A stretch of DNA of 64,000 nt from Candidatus Zixiibacteriota bacterium (GTDB taxonomy: Bacteria > RBG-13-66-14 > B26-G2 > WVWN01): the NCBI GenBank assembly GCA_050117845.1, contig JASFLY010000001.1:32001-96000 (forward strand), written 5' to 3'. Shown piece after piece: positions 9,873 through 19,032 of this stretch (its first letter is position 1; each line of letters opens with the position of its first letter). The notes below the pieces were generated by a model. It worked only from the letters and a program-made list of their open reading frames with translations. It did not search any database and was not told the origin of the DNA. Position numbers and translations under genes: made by a program.

Positions 9873-10544
9873 TCACGCTCCGTTAACGTCCCCCGGTTCG
9901 TCACCGGCGGCAATAGCGTCGAGGTCGATTTCGCCTCGGGCCAGGGCGGCCAGGGTCTCCGGGTAAAGTTCATGCTCCACATCCAGGACCCGTCGTTGGA
10001 GGGTTTCCGGGGTGTCGCCATCTTCAACCGGAAGCTCCCGCCGCGCCACTACCGGCCCGTGGTCGTACTCCTCGTCGACTAAATGTATCGTAACTCCGGT
10101 AACCTTATCACCGGCGGCCAATACCGACTCGTGAACGTGTATCCCGTATTTACCCCGGCCGCCGTGCGGCCCGGGGAGCAACGCGGGGTGGATATTTAAA
10201 ACCCGCCGGGGGAACGCCCGCAAAAACTCCGGCCCCCGTTTTTTCATATAGCCGGCCAAAACTACGACGTTGACGTCGTACTCGCGCAGGGCTTCCACGA
10301 AAGCCCGGTCGAGGTCTGCGTCATCCGGGTAACGCGCGTGGGAGAGGTGCCGGGTCGGGATGCCGTGGCGCCGGGCGCGATCCAGAGCCCCGGCCTTGGA
10401 GTTGTTGCTAATTACCACGGCGACGCACCCGTCGATGCGGCCGGCCTCGCACGCGTCGATTATCGCCTGCAGATTACTGCCGCCGCCGGACGCCAGCGCT
10501 CCAATACGCAAAGCGCCCCCGCAACCGTTTATTGTTTCACCCAT
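9873..10544 (-). CDS. purN: phosphoribosylglycinamide formyltransferase
   Basis: ASGGGSNLQAII, LAGYM, NIHPALLP, GVTIHLVDEEYDHGP. Confidence 0.93.
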   Translation of the reverse strand: MGETINGCGGALRIGALASGGGSNLQAIIDACEAGRIDGCVAVVISNNSKAGALDRARRHGIPTRHLSHARYPDDADLDRAFVEALREYDVNVVVLAGYMKKRGPEFLRAFPRRVLNIHPALLPGPHGGRGKYGIHVHESVLAAGDKVTGVTIHLVDEEYDHGPVVARRELPVEDGDTPETLQRRVLDVEHELYPETLAALARGEIDLDAIAAGDEPGDVNGA

Positions 10545-11704
10545 ACTTCCGGATTTATAGCGAGGCCGTCCTGTCTGATCTCGAAATGCAGCGTGGGTTT
10601 GGCTACGTAGCCGGTCTCCCCGACCAGGCCCAACAATTGGCCTTCGCCAACCCTCTCGCCCACGCCCACCGAAAAACTGCCCAAATGGGCGTACAGCGAC
10701 GTACACCCCGAGCCGTGGTCGACTATAATCAGCTTGCCGTATCCCCGGAACCAGTCGGCGAAAACGACCTTTCCCTTCAATACCGACCGGATCTCGGATC
10801 CGATAGACGCCTCGATATCCATACCGTCGTTCTGCGTATATGTCCCGTAGCGGTCGTCCTTGATCCGGCCGTAACCGCGGACCAGACGGCCCTTGGTCGG
10901 ACTGATGATCTTGCCGTGGCGGACGAGCACTTCGGGGCCACGGCCGGGCGGCCTGTCCGGAACCGGCCTTCCCCCGCCTCCGGTCTTCGACCTCACCAAA
11001 GACTCGAGTTCGGCCTGCTCCTTCTTCAGTTGCCGCAGACGCTTCTTCAGAACGTCGGTCTGGCCCCGGGCGTTCGCGAGTATCTCCTGTTTGTGCTCGC
11101 GGCGCCGACGGGCCAAACGCATCTCCTCCAGCTTCAACTGCTGGAGCGATTTCAGGTAATCCAACTCGCGCTGGAGCGCGTCTCGGTCGCGTTGGATTTC
11201 CTCTCGTTTGCGTTCGGCCGCCCGGGCGAGCCGCCGGTCCTCCCGGGCCAAAGCCATCGTGAATCGGACGCGGCGGACGATGTCCCCCAATTCGTCGGCC
11301 CCTACCAACAAGCGGACCATAGGGTAACGCCCCATTTTATAGACCAAACGCAGGTGCCGGGCCAATTCGTCTTCCCGGGCCTCCAGGTCCCGCTCCGCCT
11401 CCGCCAGGTCGGCCTGTACCGCGGCCATCCGGCCGGAGGTCTCGGTTATCTCCGTTGACAACTCCGCCATTGTCTCGTCGATGCTCTCGAGTTTTTGGTC
11501 GAGCTCGTGGATCGACTCAAGAGACAAACTGACCTGGGACTCCGCGTCCCGGAGGTCGGCCTGGTGCCGCCGGATATCCTCTTTAATCTTCTCGAGTTTG
11601 GACGACCGGTCGGCGCCCAGCAACGCCACCGCCATTACCGCCACGGCCACGGGCAGGAAACGGCCGAACGCGGTTACAGATCTTTTTGGGTTTTTTCGAA
11701 TCAT
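10529..11704 (-). CDS. envC: EnvC-like murein hydrolase activator (coiled coil + degenerate M23)
   Basis: Signal peptide, long coiled coil, NDGMDI (first His lost), YGKLIIVDHG, LHFEIR. Confidence 0.85.
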   Translation of the reverse strand: MIRKNPKRSVTAFGRFLPVAVAVMAVALLGADRSSKLEKIKEDIRRHQADLRDAESQVSLSLESIHELDQKLESIDETMAELSTEITETSGRMAAVQADLAEAERDLEAREDELARHLRLVYKMGRYPMVRLLVGADELGDIVRRVRFTMALAREDRRLARAAERKREEIQRDRDALQRELDYLKSLQQLKLEEMRLARRRREHKQEILANARGQTDVLKKRLRQLKKEQAELESLVRSKTGGGGRPVPDRPPGRGPEVLVRHGKIISPTKGRLVRGYGRIKDDRYGTYTQNDGMDIEASIGSEIRSVLKGKVVFADWFRGYGKLIIVDHGSGCTSLYAHLGSFSVGVGERVGEGQLLGLVGETGYVAKPTLHFEIRQDGLAINPEVWVKQ

Positions 11705-11775
11705 TACTTGGACGGATTTACGCCGGATATCTTTTAACGCGGAATTGAGGCCCGGCCCGCGAGCCACCGGCCTCG

Positions 11776-13059
11776 CTATGAAGCGGTCCGGCGGGCGGCC
11801 TCGCACAACGGTTCGAAAACGCCCTCCGGGAGTTCCAGCGATTCGTACGTAAATCGGACGGGGACGTCCCACGAGTCGGCCCAAACCAACCATTCGCCGA
11901 TATTGGACGCCGCCATATCGAGCAGCAGGCCGGCGTCGCCCCCGGCCCGGCGCAAGGCCTTGGCCGTGGCCGCGGCGGGCGGGAAAAGCTCGGCCCCCAC
12001 CGACGCTATTACTTCACCGGCGAGTTGGCCGTTCCAATACTCGGCGAGTTGGTCGCGGGCGTCCTCGGGTCGGGCGGTAACCACCAGGGCGTCGCGGAAC
12101 TCGGGCGTCCCGGCCGCCCTCGCGACGATCTTCCCGTAGCAAAAAGACGCCTTATCGTTAACGGCCTTAACCTCGGCGTTCAGCCCCTCCAGCGCTTCCG
12201 CCGGCGGTTCGTCAGCGAAACCGGTTACTATGACGGCGTCGGCCCGGCGAAGCTGATACGCGAATGGGAAAACGCGCAACACTTCCGGCCCGGTCTTTAC
12301 GTTTACGAGGAAGCATAGGGCTCCGGCCGTCGCGGGCATGGCCCGCCCCGAACCCTCGACGACCGCCAGGTCCCCGCCGGCCTCGGCCGCGAAGACGAAA
12401 GCGTCCCCCAGAAGGGAGTTTAACGGTACACCCGTTAGGCCGGTACCGGCGAACGAACAACCCACGGCCGGGACGTTCGTCGCGGCCGCGAGCAGGTAAT
12501 GGTCACCGTCTATTCGGCGGCCGTCGCGGTGGAGCGACAACAGTCGTTCCGCGGTTAGCGGCGTGTCGGTATCCACGACTTCCGGGTAACAGGGGCCTCC
12601 GAGATCCAGGACGATGACCGCGACGTTCTTCCGCTCTTCCAACCGCCCGATAAAACTGACGATAGCGGCGGTCTTTCCCACCGCCGCGCCGGCGCCGATG
12701 AACGTTACCGTCGGGACGTCGGCCCCCTTTAGGGCCGGGGGCCACAGACGGAAGTCGGCTCCGTGCACCTCGTAACCCAATTGCAACGCTTCGTTCGCCC
12801 AAACGAAACGTTCCGTCAGATCCGATTCGGTAGCGTCCACGACGGCGCGCGCCGAAAAGGTCTCGGCGGCCCGGCGGACCGCCGCCGCCGCGTCCGCTTC
12901 GCTTACGAACGGGACTTCCAGCGTGAAACCCTCCGGCAACTCCTTGCCGATAAGCGCCGCCCCCACGATCCGGTAACGTTTTTCGACGATTAAATAATCG
13001 ATGACGGCCTGAATCGGGCCGGCGCCGAATTTGGCATCGCACAGGACGAACGCTTCCAT
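11776..13059 (-). CDS. divergent cyclic 2,3-diphosphoglycerate synthetase (CpgS)-like P-loop protein
   Basis: Motif order ERF..A...L..G....GADF, IG.G..VGKTA, GGP..PEV, DH, VGC...G.GL.G.P, VEGSG.AMP matches CpgS as recalled. Confidence 0.7.
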   Translation of the reverse strand: MEAFVLCDAKFGAGPIQAVIDYLIVEKRYRIVGAALIGKELPEGFTLEVPFVSEADAAAAVRRAAETFSARAVVDATESDLTERFVWANEALQLGYEVHGADFRLWPPALKGADVPTVTFIGAGAAVGKTAAIVSFIGRLEERKNVAVIVLDLGGPCYPEVVDTDTPLTAERLLSLHRDGRRIDGDHYLLAAATNVPAVGCSFAGTGLTGVPLNSLLGDAFVFAAEAGGDLAVVEGSGRAMPATAGALCFLVNVKTGPEVLRVFPFAYQLRRADAVIVTGFADEPPAEALEGLNAEVKAVNDKASFCYGKIVARAAGTPEFRDALVVTARPEDARDQLAEYWNGQLAGEVIASVGAELFPPAAATAKALRRAGGDAGLLLDMAASNIGEWLVWADSWDVPVRFTYESLELPEGVFEPLCEAARRTAS

Positions 13060-13067
13060 ATCCCGGC

Positions 13068-14222
13068 CTACGGCCGAGAAACCACCTCGCCTTCGATAAC
13101 GACGGCTTCCGGTTTCGCCAGGTCTTCAATGGGATGGCCGCTCCACACGACGACGTCGCCGTCGTACCCCGGCGCGATTTTTCCGAGCCGGCGGCCGAGG
13201 CCCAGGATCGCGGCGGCCTCGTCGGTCACGGCGCTCAGCGCCCCCTCGGGGGTCATTCCCTCGCGCACCGCGGCCGCGGCCGAAGTCGCCAGCGTGTCTA
13301 TAGGCACGAAGGGATGGTCGGTGGCCAGCGCGACCCGGCACCCGGCTTTCTCCAGTACCGCGGCCGTAGCGTAGGAACGCCGGCGCAGCTCCACTTTGAA
13401 ACGGGCGATAAGCATGGGGCCGACCACGCATGGGATTTTATGACTCGCCAGGAAACCCGCGATAAGATGCCCTTCAGTGCAATGGTCCGATACCATCTTG
13501 CAGTTGAACTCTTTTGCAATACGGACCGCGGTGCTGATGTCGTCGGCGCGATGGGCGTGGGCCCGAAGCGGGATCTTCCTCGCCAGTACCCGGACGAGAG
13601 TTTCCATCCGGATGTCCAGGTCCGGCCGCCGGGCCGCGGCCAACTTGCGTTTGCGCCGATACTCGGCCGCCTGGGTCAACGTTTCGCGCAGAACGGCCGC
13701 GGTACCCATCCGCGTTAAGGGCATCCGCTTGCTATCGGGGTGAGAGAATTTGGGGTTTTCGCCGAACGCGATTTTGAGGCCGCTCTCGGCGTCCACCACC
13801 ATCTCGTCGATTACGTTTCCGACCGTCTTTATCACGACGCCGGTGCCGCCGATTACGTTCGCGCTTCCGGGCAGGACACAGGCCGCCGTTATTCCCGCCC
13901 GCCGGGCGTCCTCGAAACCCAGGTCACAAGGGTCGATGCCGTCCAGCGCCCGGGCGTGAGGCGTTGCGGCTTCGGCGACTTCGTTGGCGTCGAATCCGGC
14001 GGGGCCTATGCCTTCGCCGAAATTCCCGAGGTGAGTATGGGCGTCGATGAAGCCGGCGGTTACGACGCGGCCGCGGGCCTCGATCAACTCGGCGCCGGCC
14101 GGCACCCGGACCTTCGGCCCTACCGCCGTTATCTTCCCGTTACGAATAACGACGTTACCAAGGGCGGGTTTGGCCCGTCCGGTACGGTAAAGCAACCCGC
14201 CCACGATTGCCAATGTTGCCAT
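13068..14222 (-). CDS. metal-dependent amidohydrolase
   Basis: GFIDAHTHLG, KIAFGENPK, HAHRADD, DHCTEGH, ATDHP, GKIAPGYDGD. Confidence 0.9.
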   Translation of the reverse strand: MATLAIVGGLLYRTGRAKPALGNVVIRNGKITAVGPKVRVPAGAELIEARGRVVTAGFIDAHTHLGNFGEGIGPAGFDANEVAEAATPHARALDGIDPCDLGFEDARRAGITAACVLPGSANVIGGTGVVIKTVGNVIDEMVVDAESGLKIAFGENPKFSHPDSKRMPLTRMGTAAVLRETLTQAAEYRRKRKLAAARRPDLDIRMETLVRVLARKIPLRAHAHRADDISTAVRIAKEFNCKMVSDHCTEGHLIAGFLASHKIPCVVGPMLIARFKVELRRRSYATAAVLEKAGCRVALATDHPFVPIDTLATSAAAAVREGMTPEGALSAVTDEAAAILGLGRRLGKIAPGYDGDVVVWSGHPIEDLAKPEAVVIEGEVVSRP

Positions 14223-14311
14223 TAATACCTCTTTTCGGTGAGTACTTACCTAAACTTAGCAAAAACCGCCGTACTTTTCAAATACAACCTACGTCCCGGG
14301 CGATAATTTCC

Positions 14312-14340
14312 TTGACATTACGTACGGCAATGAATATTAT
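14312..14340 (+). promoter_or_regulatory. sigma70-like promoter for ssb
   Basis: TTGACA-17 nt-TATTAT. Confidence 0.7.
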
Positions 14341-14369
14341 GGTGTGCCATCTACACGAAGGGAGGAACT

Positions 14370-14768
14370 GTGGCGAATTTCAACCGTGTATATCTTTTAG
14401 GAAATCTTACGGCAGACCCGGATTCACGCGATTTACCGTCGGGTGGAATCGTAACGGACTTGCGTCTGGCCGTAAACCGCACCTATCGGAACCGTGATGG
14501 CGAGTTGACGGAAGAGGCGTCGTTTATTGACTGCACCGCTTACGGCCGTACCGCCGAGGTTGCCCGTGATTACCTTGCGAAAGGAAGGCCGGTCTTTCTG
14601 GAAGGGCGGCTTCATCAGGACCGATGGGAAACGAGCGGCGGCGATAAGCGCTCGAAGCTAAAAGTGGTCGTGGAAAGGTTGGTACTGCTTCCCCGCCGGG
14701 GCGACGGGCCTAGCGGCGGCGGGGCCGAATCGTCTTCAATGGAAGAACCGCCGGCTTCTGATTTCTAA
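14370..14768 (+). CDS. ssb: single-stranded DNA-binding protein
   Basis: NRVYLLGNLTADP, KGRPVFLEGRL, acidic tail ending DF; GGGAGG RBS. Confidence 0.95.
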   Translation: MANFNRVYLLGNLTADPDSRDLPSGGIVTDLRLAVNRTYRNRDGELTEEASFIDCTAYGRTAEVARDYLAKGRPVFLEGRLHQDRWETSGGDKRSKLKVVVERLVLLPRRGDGPSGGGAESSSMEEPPASDF

Positions 14769-14786
14769 TCGCCGAAAAATCCCATT

Positions 14787-14815
14787 CGCCCGGCCTGAGC
14801 GCCGGGCGTTTTTTT
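14787..14815 (+). terminator. intrinsic terminator
   Basis: CGCCCGGC-ctgagc-GCCGGGCG followed by T7. Confidence 0.85.
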
Positions 14816-14831
14816 ATCTCCGCCGCGCTGC

Positions 14832-17459
14832 TTACTCGACGATAACCATCTTCCTCGTAGCGGCCCGTGTCGCCGTCTCCAACCGGCAAAAATAGACGCC
14901 GGGCGGCAGCGGCGTACCGTCGTCGGCAGAGCCGTCCCAGCTGATGGCATGGCCGCCGCGGGAAGCGGGGCCGGCCCACAGGCGGCGCACCGGCGCGCCC
15001 CGCAAATCGTACACCGTCAATTTTACGTTCCCTTCCTCCGGGACGGCGAAGACGATATTCGTGCGGGCGCGGAACGGGTTGGGGTAATTCTGCGCGAGGG
15101 CGAATCCGGCCTTCCCGTAGTCAGCCCGCGGGCAAGCGGCGGCCGGCCCGGCGCCCGAACTCCGCCCGCCGGCCTCGACCCCCTCGACCCAATAATAATA
15201 AACCTTACCGTTAACGAGCGGCTCGTCTACGTAAACGAACGGCGACCGGCCCGTAATTAGCGAGGCGTTGACGCGAACCGGCCCCGTCTCCCCCCCAGAA
15301 GGCGGCGCCGCTGCGTTTCGCCCTTCGCCCCGGTACAGGTTCCATCCGCTCAGGGGGCGGCCGTCGCCCGGCCCCTCCCAAAACAGCGTCACGCAACGCT
15401 CTCCGGCCCGGGCCGTGAAACCGCGCGCCAGGGGGCCGGAGCCGCCCGGGTTGTGGCCGCCATAGTCGAGCTCGGGGTCGGCCGGCGTCGGCGGCTGCCA
15501 GGTCGGCCGGTAGTACTCCATGAAGGGGTCGCCCGCGAGGACGAAGCGAATACTCGAGTCAACGCCGGGGCGGCCGGCCGGGAAAATCTCGGAGACCTGG
15601 GCCGTGGCGAAACACAACGCCTCGCCCAACGTGTACCCGTGTTCCAACATACGGTTTACGAAGGATATCCAAAACCATCCGGCCCCCCCGGCCCCCACCA
15701 TGGTATAGGACGAGATGGACGCCGCGCCGAGGCGCCGCGTTACCACCGCGTTCATCTCGCCGCCGCCCACGCAACACGCATTGAACGCCGCCACGAGGCC
15801 GAAGTTGTTCCGGCCCATCCGGGCCCAATCGTTGTACGAGAACCGCCGGTCGCCGTCGTAGTTAACGTATCCCGCGGGGCCGCCGGGCCAGTCGGCCTCG
15901 TTCCACGGGACGTTGGCCGCGACGCCCTCGTCGACGTCGAACGGGAAAAAACCGTCCTCGGTCCCGTGGGTCGAGACGTAAAAGAAACCGGTCCCCTCGT
16001 AAATGTCGTTCTGGAAACCGACCAGGTCCTCGGCCGGCACGAAAGGATGTTGGCCGGCGCCGGCGTTGCGGCCGTTATGGACGACCGGGTCGTAAGCGTC
16101 TTCGGCGAAGTCCGTAAACACTCCCGGGTCGTCGTAGCCGCCGGCGCGGCAACCCAGAAGTTCGTTCACCTTATGATCGCGGCCGTAATTGTCGGTGAAA
16201 AAGTCCGGGCAGGTGACGACGTTCTGGGCCATGTATACCAGGCCGCAGAACGTGACCCGCTCCGGCCGGGGGTTGGAGAATATAAGGGCCCGGTAGGACG
16301 AGGCGAAACTGAACGAAGCCAGGTTCTCCGCCGTCGTGTTCACGAACCGGCCCGGTACGGCGCCGCGTTCGTCCGGCGTCTCGGTATCGCCAATAAGGGC
16401 CCGGTCGAAAACGTAGGAGATGCTATCCGGCCCGAAGGCCGGCGCGAAGGTCAACACGTACTCCAGCTGGTCCGGGTCGGTGCCGCCCAGGTCCTCGAGC
16501 CACGCGTAAAAACGGTCGGCCACGTCCTGTTCGGCGTCGAGCACCGCGGCGGGCATCGTGTACGGCCCGGTAAGCTTTTCCCGAGAACGGGGTACGAGCG
16601 CCAGGACGGCGTCCCACGCGTCGCCGGCCTGAGACGTAATGCCGTCCGGCACCGCGAGAACGTATCCCCCGTACCGGGCGGCGGCCACGGCCGCCGGCGC
16701 GGCCATCCCCTCTCCGCGAAAAGCGCATAGCACCGGCGGCGCGGGGTCAGTCATCTCGTTTATATACGTGACGACCTCGCGTTCGGTCGTCAGGTCGGCG
16801 GCCACAGCGGCGCCGAGGCCGCTCAAGGCCGCGTTCACCGAGGCCGGCAGCGTGTCGCCTATTTCGACCACGACCGCCCGCGAGGGTGCGAGGTACCCGA
16901 TGTATTCGAGCGTACGTTCAGAGAGGCCGGCGGAGCCGGCGTAGAAAAGCGGCGCGTTGAGGTACGCGGCGATGGAGGCGGCGTTGGCCACACTCTCCAC
17001 GTCCTCAGCCGTCGGGTTTTCGACGTAGGGGGCGACGACGACGTACTCGCTCGACGACCAATCCCGGGACAGCTCGCAGGCCGCCGCGGCGGGCGCGCCG
17101 TTTATCTCCCAGACTTCCCCCTCGCCAAGGCCGAAGAAGTCGCGGGTGTACTCGACGTCCGCGGCGTCGACGCCGCCCAGCGCCACGAGCTGGCTCAAGC
17201 CGCCCCGGCCCTGGAGGTACGCTTTATATGACTGGAGGAAGAACCCGGTCGTCTCGTTGCCGGCGTCGCCGGCCAGCACCGGCGCCTGAAAATCGTCGCC
17301 GCCGTGGCGGAAGACAAAGGCCGGGGCCGCGGCGCAGTAGTAATATAGACTATCCGCCGACGCGTCGTTGACGAGGGCGAGGCGGGGCATCGGCTTCCAC
17401 GCCCCGTACGCCGCGGCGGCCGCGAAGAACAATACGAAGCTGTTTATAATCCTAAACAT
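14832..17459 (-). CDS. secreted protein with C25 (gingipain)-like domain and C-terminal FlgD-Ig/T9SS-like domain
   Basis: Signal peptide; STHG...NACC...TLGEA...LAGDP; C-terminal QNYPNPF...VYDLRG...WDG...GVYF..L. Confidence 0.7.
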   Translation of the reverse strand: MFRIINSFVLFFAAAAAYGAWKPMPRLALVNDASADSLYYYCAAAPAFVFRHGGDDFQAPVLAGDAGNETTGFFLQSYKAYLQGRGGLSQLVALGGVDAADVEYTRDFFGLGEGEVWEINGAPAAAACELSRDWSSSEYVVVAPYVENPTAEDVESVANAASIAAYLNAPLFYAGSAGLSERTLEYIGYLAPSRAVVVEIGDTLPASVNAALSGLGAAVAADLTTEREVVTYINEMTDPAPPVLCAFRGEGMAAPAAVAAARYGGYVLAVPDGITSQAGDAWDAVLALVPRSREKLTGPYTMPAAVLDAEQDVADRFYAWLEDLGGTDPDQLEYVLTFAPAFGPDSISYVFDRALIGDTETPDERGAVPGRFVNTTAENLASFSFASSYRALIFSNPRPERVTFCGLVYMAQNVVTCPDFFTDNYGRDHKVNELLGCRAGGYDDPGVFTDFAEDAYDPVVHNGRNAGAGQHPFVPAEDLVGFQNDIYEGTGFFYVSTHGTEDGFFPFDVDEGVAANVPWNEADWPGGPAGYVNYDGDRRFSYNDWARMGRNNFGLVAAFNACCVGGGEMNAVVTRRLGAASISSYTMVGAGGAGWFWISFVNRMLEHGYTLGEALCFATAQVSEIFPAGRPGVDSSIRFVLAGDPFMEYYRPTWQPPTPADPELDYGGHNPGGSGPLARGFTARAGERCVTLFWEGPGDGRPLSGWNLYRGEGRNAAAPPSGGETGPVRVNASLITGRSPFVYVDEPLVNGKVYYYWVEGVEAGGRSSGAGPAAACPRADYGKAGFALAQNYPNPFRARTNIVFAVPEEGNVKLTVYDLRGAPVRRLWAGPASRGGHAISWDGSADDGTPLPPGVYFCRLETATRAATRKMVIVE

Positions 17460-17521
17460 CCGGTTTATTTTACCACGGCCCGCCGCAAGCCGCAACGGCC
17501 CGCGGGCCGGTCGGATTAGGG

Positions 17522-17551
17522 TTGACTCTCGGGGGCAGGATTAAGTATACT
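17522..17551 (+). promoter_or_regulatory. sigma70-like promoter for tRNA-Val
   Basis: TTGACT-18 nt-TATACT. Confidence 0.55.
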
Positions 17552-17561
17552 TGGGCGTCCC

Positions 17562-17635
17562 GGGCGATTAGCTCAGCTGGCCAGAGCGCCTGCCTTACAA
17601 GCAGGAGGTCGGAGGTTCAAGTCCCCCATCGCCCA
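17562..17635 (+). tRNA. tRNA-Val(TAC), CCA not encoded
   Basis: GGGCGAT/ATCGCCC acceptor stem, CCTGC-CTTACAA-GCAGG anticodon arm, GGTTCAAGTC T-loop. Confidence 0.96.
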
Positions 17636-17641
17636 AATGAC

Positions 17642-17668
17642 CCAGGGGCTTACCTCGCCCCTGGTTTT
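17642..17668 (+). terminator. terminator after tRNA-Val
   Basis: CCAGGGGC-ttacctc-GCCCCTGG-TTTT. Confidence 0.75.
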
Positions 17669-17741
17669 ATATTAATCTGAAGGGCGACGTTTTGATAATC
17701 CCCGCATGTTTGCGATAATACCGGCCGAGAGGAGAAACCGG

Positions 17742-18317
17742 ATGAAAGTCATCGCGTTCAACGGCAGCGCCCGCGAAGACGGCAATACCGCCCTCATGAT
17801 CCGATGGGTTTTCGAAGAGCTAACGAAAGAGGGCATCGAGACCGAACTGTACCAGCTGGCCGGGAAAGAAATCCACGGGTGCCGGGCTTGCTATAAATGC
17901 TTCGGCAATAAAGACGGCCGGTGCTCCGTGGACACCGACGTTGTCAACGAGTGTATCGAAAAGATGGCGGCGGCGGACGGCATTATCCTGGCGTCGCCGG
18001 TCTACTTCGCCGACGTCACGGCCCAGATTAAGGCATTGATGGACCGGGCCGGTTTCGTGGGCCTCGCCAACGGCGGCATGTTTCGTCGTAAAGTCGGTGC
18101 GTCGGTCGTAGTGGCCCGACGGGGCGGCGCCATCCATACCTTCGACTCGCTGAACCATTTCTTCTTCATCAGCGAGATGGTAGTGCCCGGCTCGAGTTAC
18201 TGGAACATGGGGTTCGGTATGGAACCCGGCGCCGTAGAGCAGGACGAAGAAGCCCAACGCACGATGAGGACGCTGGGCCGAAACATGGCCTGGCTCCTGG
18301 GAAAAATCTCCGATTAA
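17742..18317 (+). CDS. iron-sulfur flavoprotein / NADPH-dependent FMN reductase family
   Basis: NGSAREDGNT, CRACYKC-x7-C, ASPVYF, RRGG; AGGAG RBS. Confidence 0.9.
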   Translation: MKVIAFNGSAREDGNTALMIRWVFEELTKEGIETELYQLAGKEIHGCRACYKCFGNKDGRCSVDTDVVNECIEKMAAADGIILASPVYFADVTAQIKALMDRAGFVGLANGGMFRRKVGASVVVARRGGAIHTFDSLNHFFFISEMVVPGSSYWNMGFGMEPGAVEQDEEAQRTMRTLGRNMAWLLGKISD

Positions 18318-18345
18318 CGACGGTCGATCCCGGTTGCCCACAAAC

Positions 18346-18373
18346 AATCCCGCCTCCAAGAGGCGGGGTTTTT
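18346..18373. terminator. terminator between convergent genes
   Basis: AATCCCGCCTC-caa-GAGGCGGGGTT followed by T run. Confidence 0.75.
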
Positions 18374-18414
18374 ATTCGTATATCTACTTCATCTTTTAGG
18401 ATAACGGCCGAGCG

Positions 18415-18825
18415 TCACGTCTTCCCCTCCGGCCAAACGTACGGCAAACTGGGTTCTTCTTTCCAATCGTACCGGCCGTAAAAAACGGGATCCTTCCGCA
18501 ACAAACTGCTGCGGTGTGACGCGTGGATCCCGCCGCCCAGCCAGTACGGGAGTTCCACTTCGCCGTCGACGTCCTCGAATTCCATGTTGTTCTCGAAGCC
18601 GCGCCGAATCCACTCCGTCAGGATAGCGTTATAGTATTCCTTGAGCGCGTTCTCGTATCCCCGCCACATCTTAACGGCCGGGTGATGGATCCATCCCCGC
18701 CCCTTGGCCCGGCCCAAAAGTATATTCAGGATTTGACGCGCCTCGACGCGCTGTTTGCCGAGCCGCCTGTCGTCCAGGCAACGCGCGCTCCGCTCGAAAT
18801 CCGGATATGGTAGAAAGGTTTGCAC
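18415..18825 (-). CDS. pyrimidine dimer DNA glycosylase-like (MSMEG_6728 family)
   Basis: QTFLPY.DF..SA..LD..RLGKQRVEA, HPAVKMW.GY, HASHRS.LLRKDP, LPYVWP; GTG start after GGGAG. Confidence 0.88.
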   Translation of the reverse strand: MQTFLPYPDFERSARCLDDRRLGKQRVEARQILNILLGRAKGRGWIHHPAVKMWRGYENALKEYYNAILTEWIRRGFENNMEFEDVDGEVELPYWLGGGIHASHRSSLLRKDPVFYGRYDWKEEPSLPYVWPEGKT

Positions 18826-19032
18826 GACTTTTATCTCCCGCTCCAATCCCGGCTTAAACCCCGGGTTTTTTTTATCATAATAGAACGGCGGCGGCAAGGG
18901 CGAAGGCCCCGGATAATCGCGTCCGTGCAACCGTCTCCGGCGCCCCGCCGTCGTATTTAACGGAGACGATAAACGCGCGACCCGGGAAGTGGAGGTGATA
19001 TTGCAACCGGTTATTACGAAAGGCAGGCCAAG

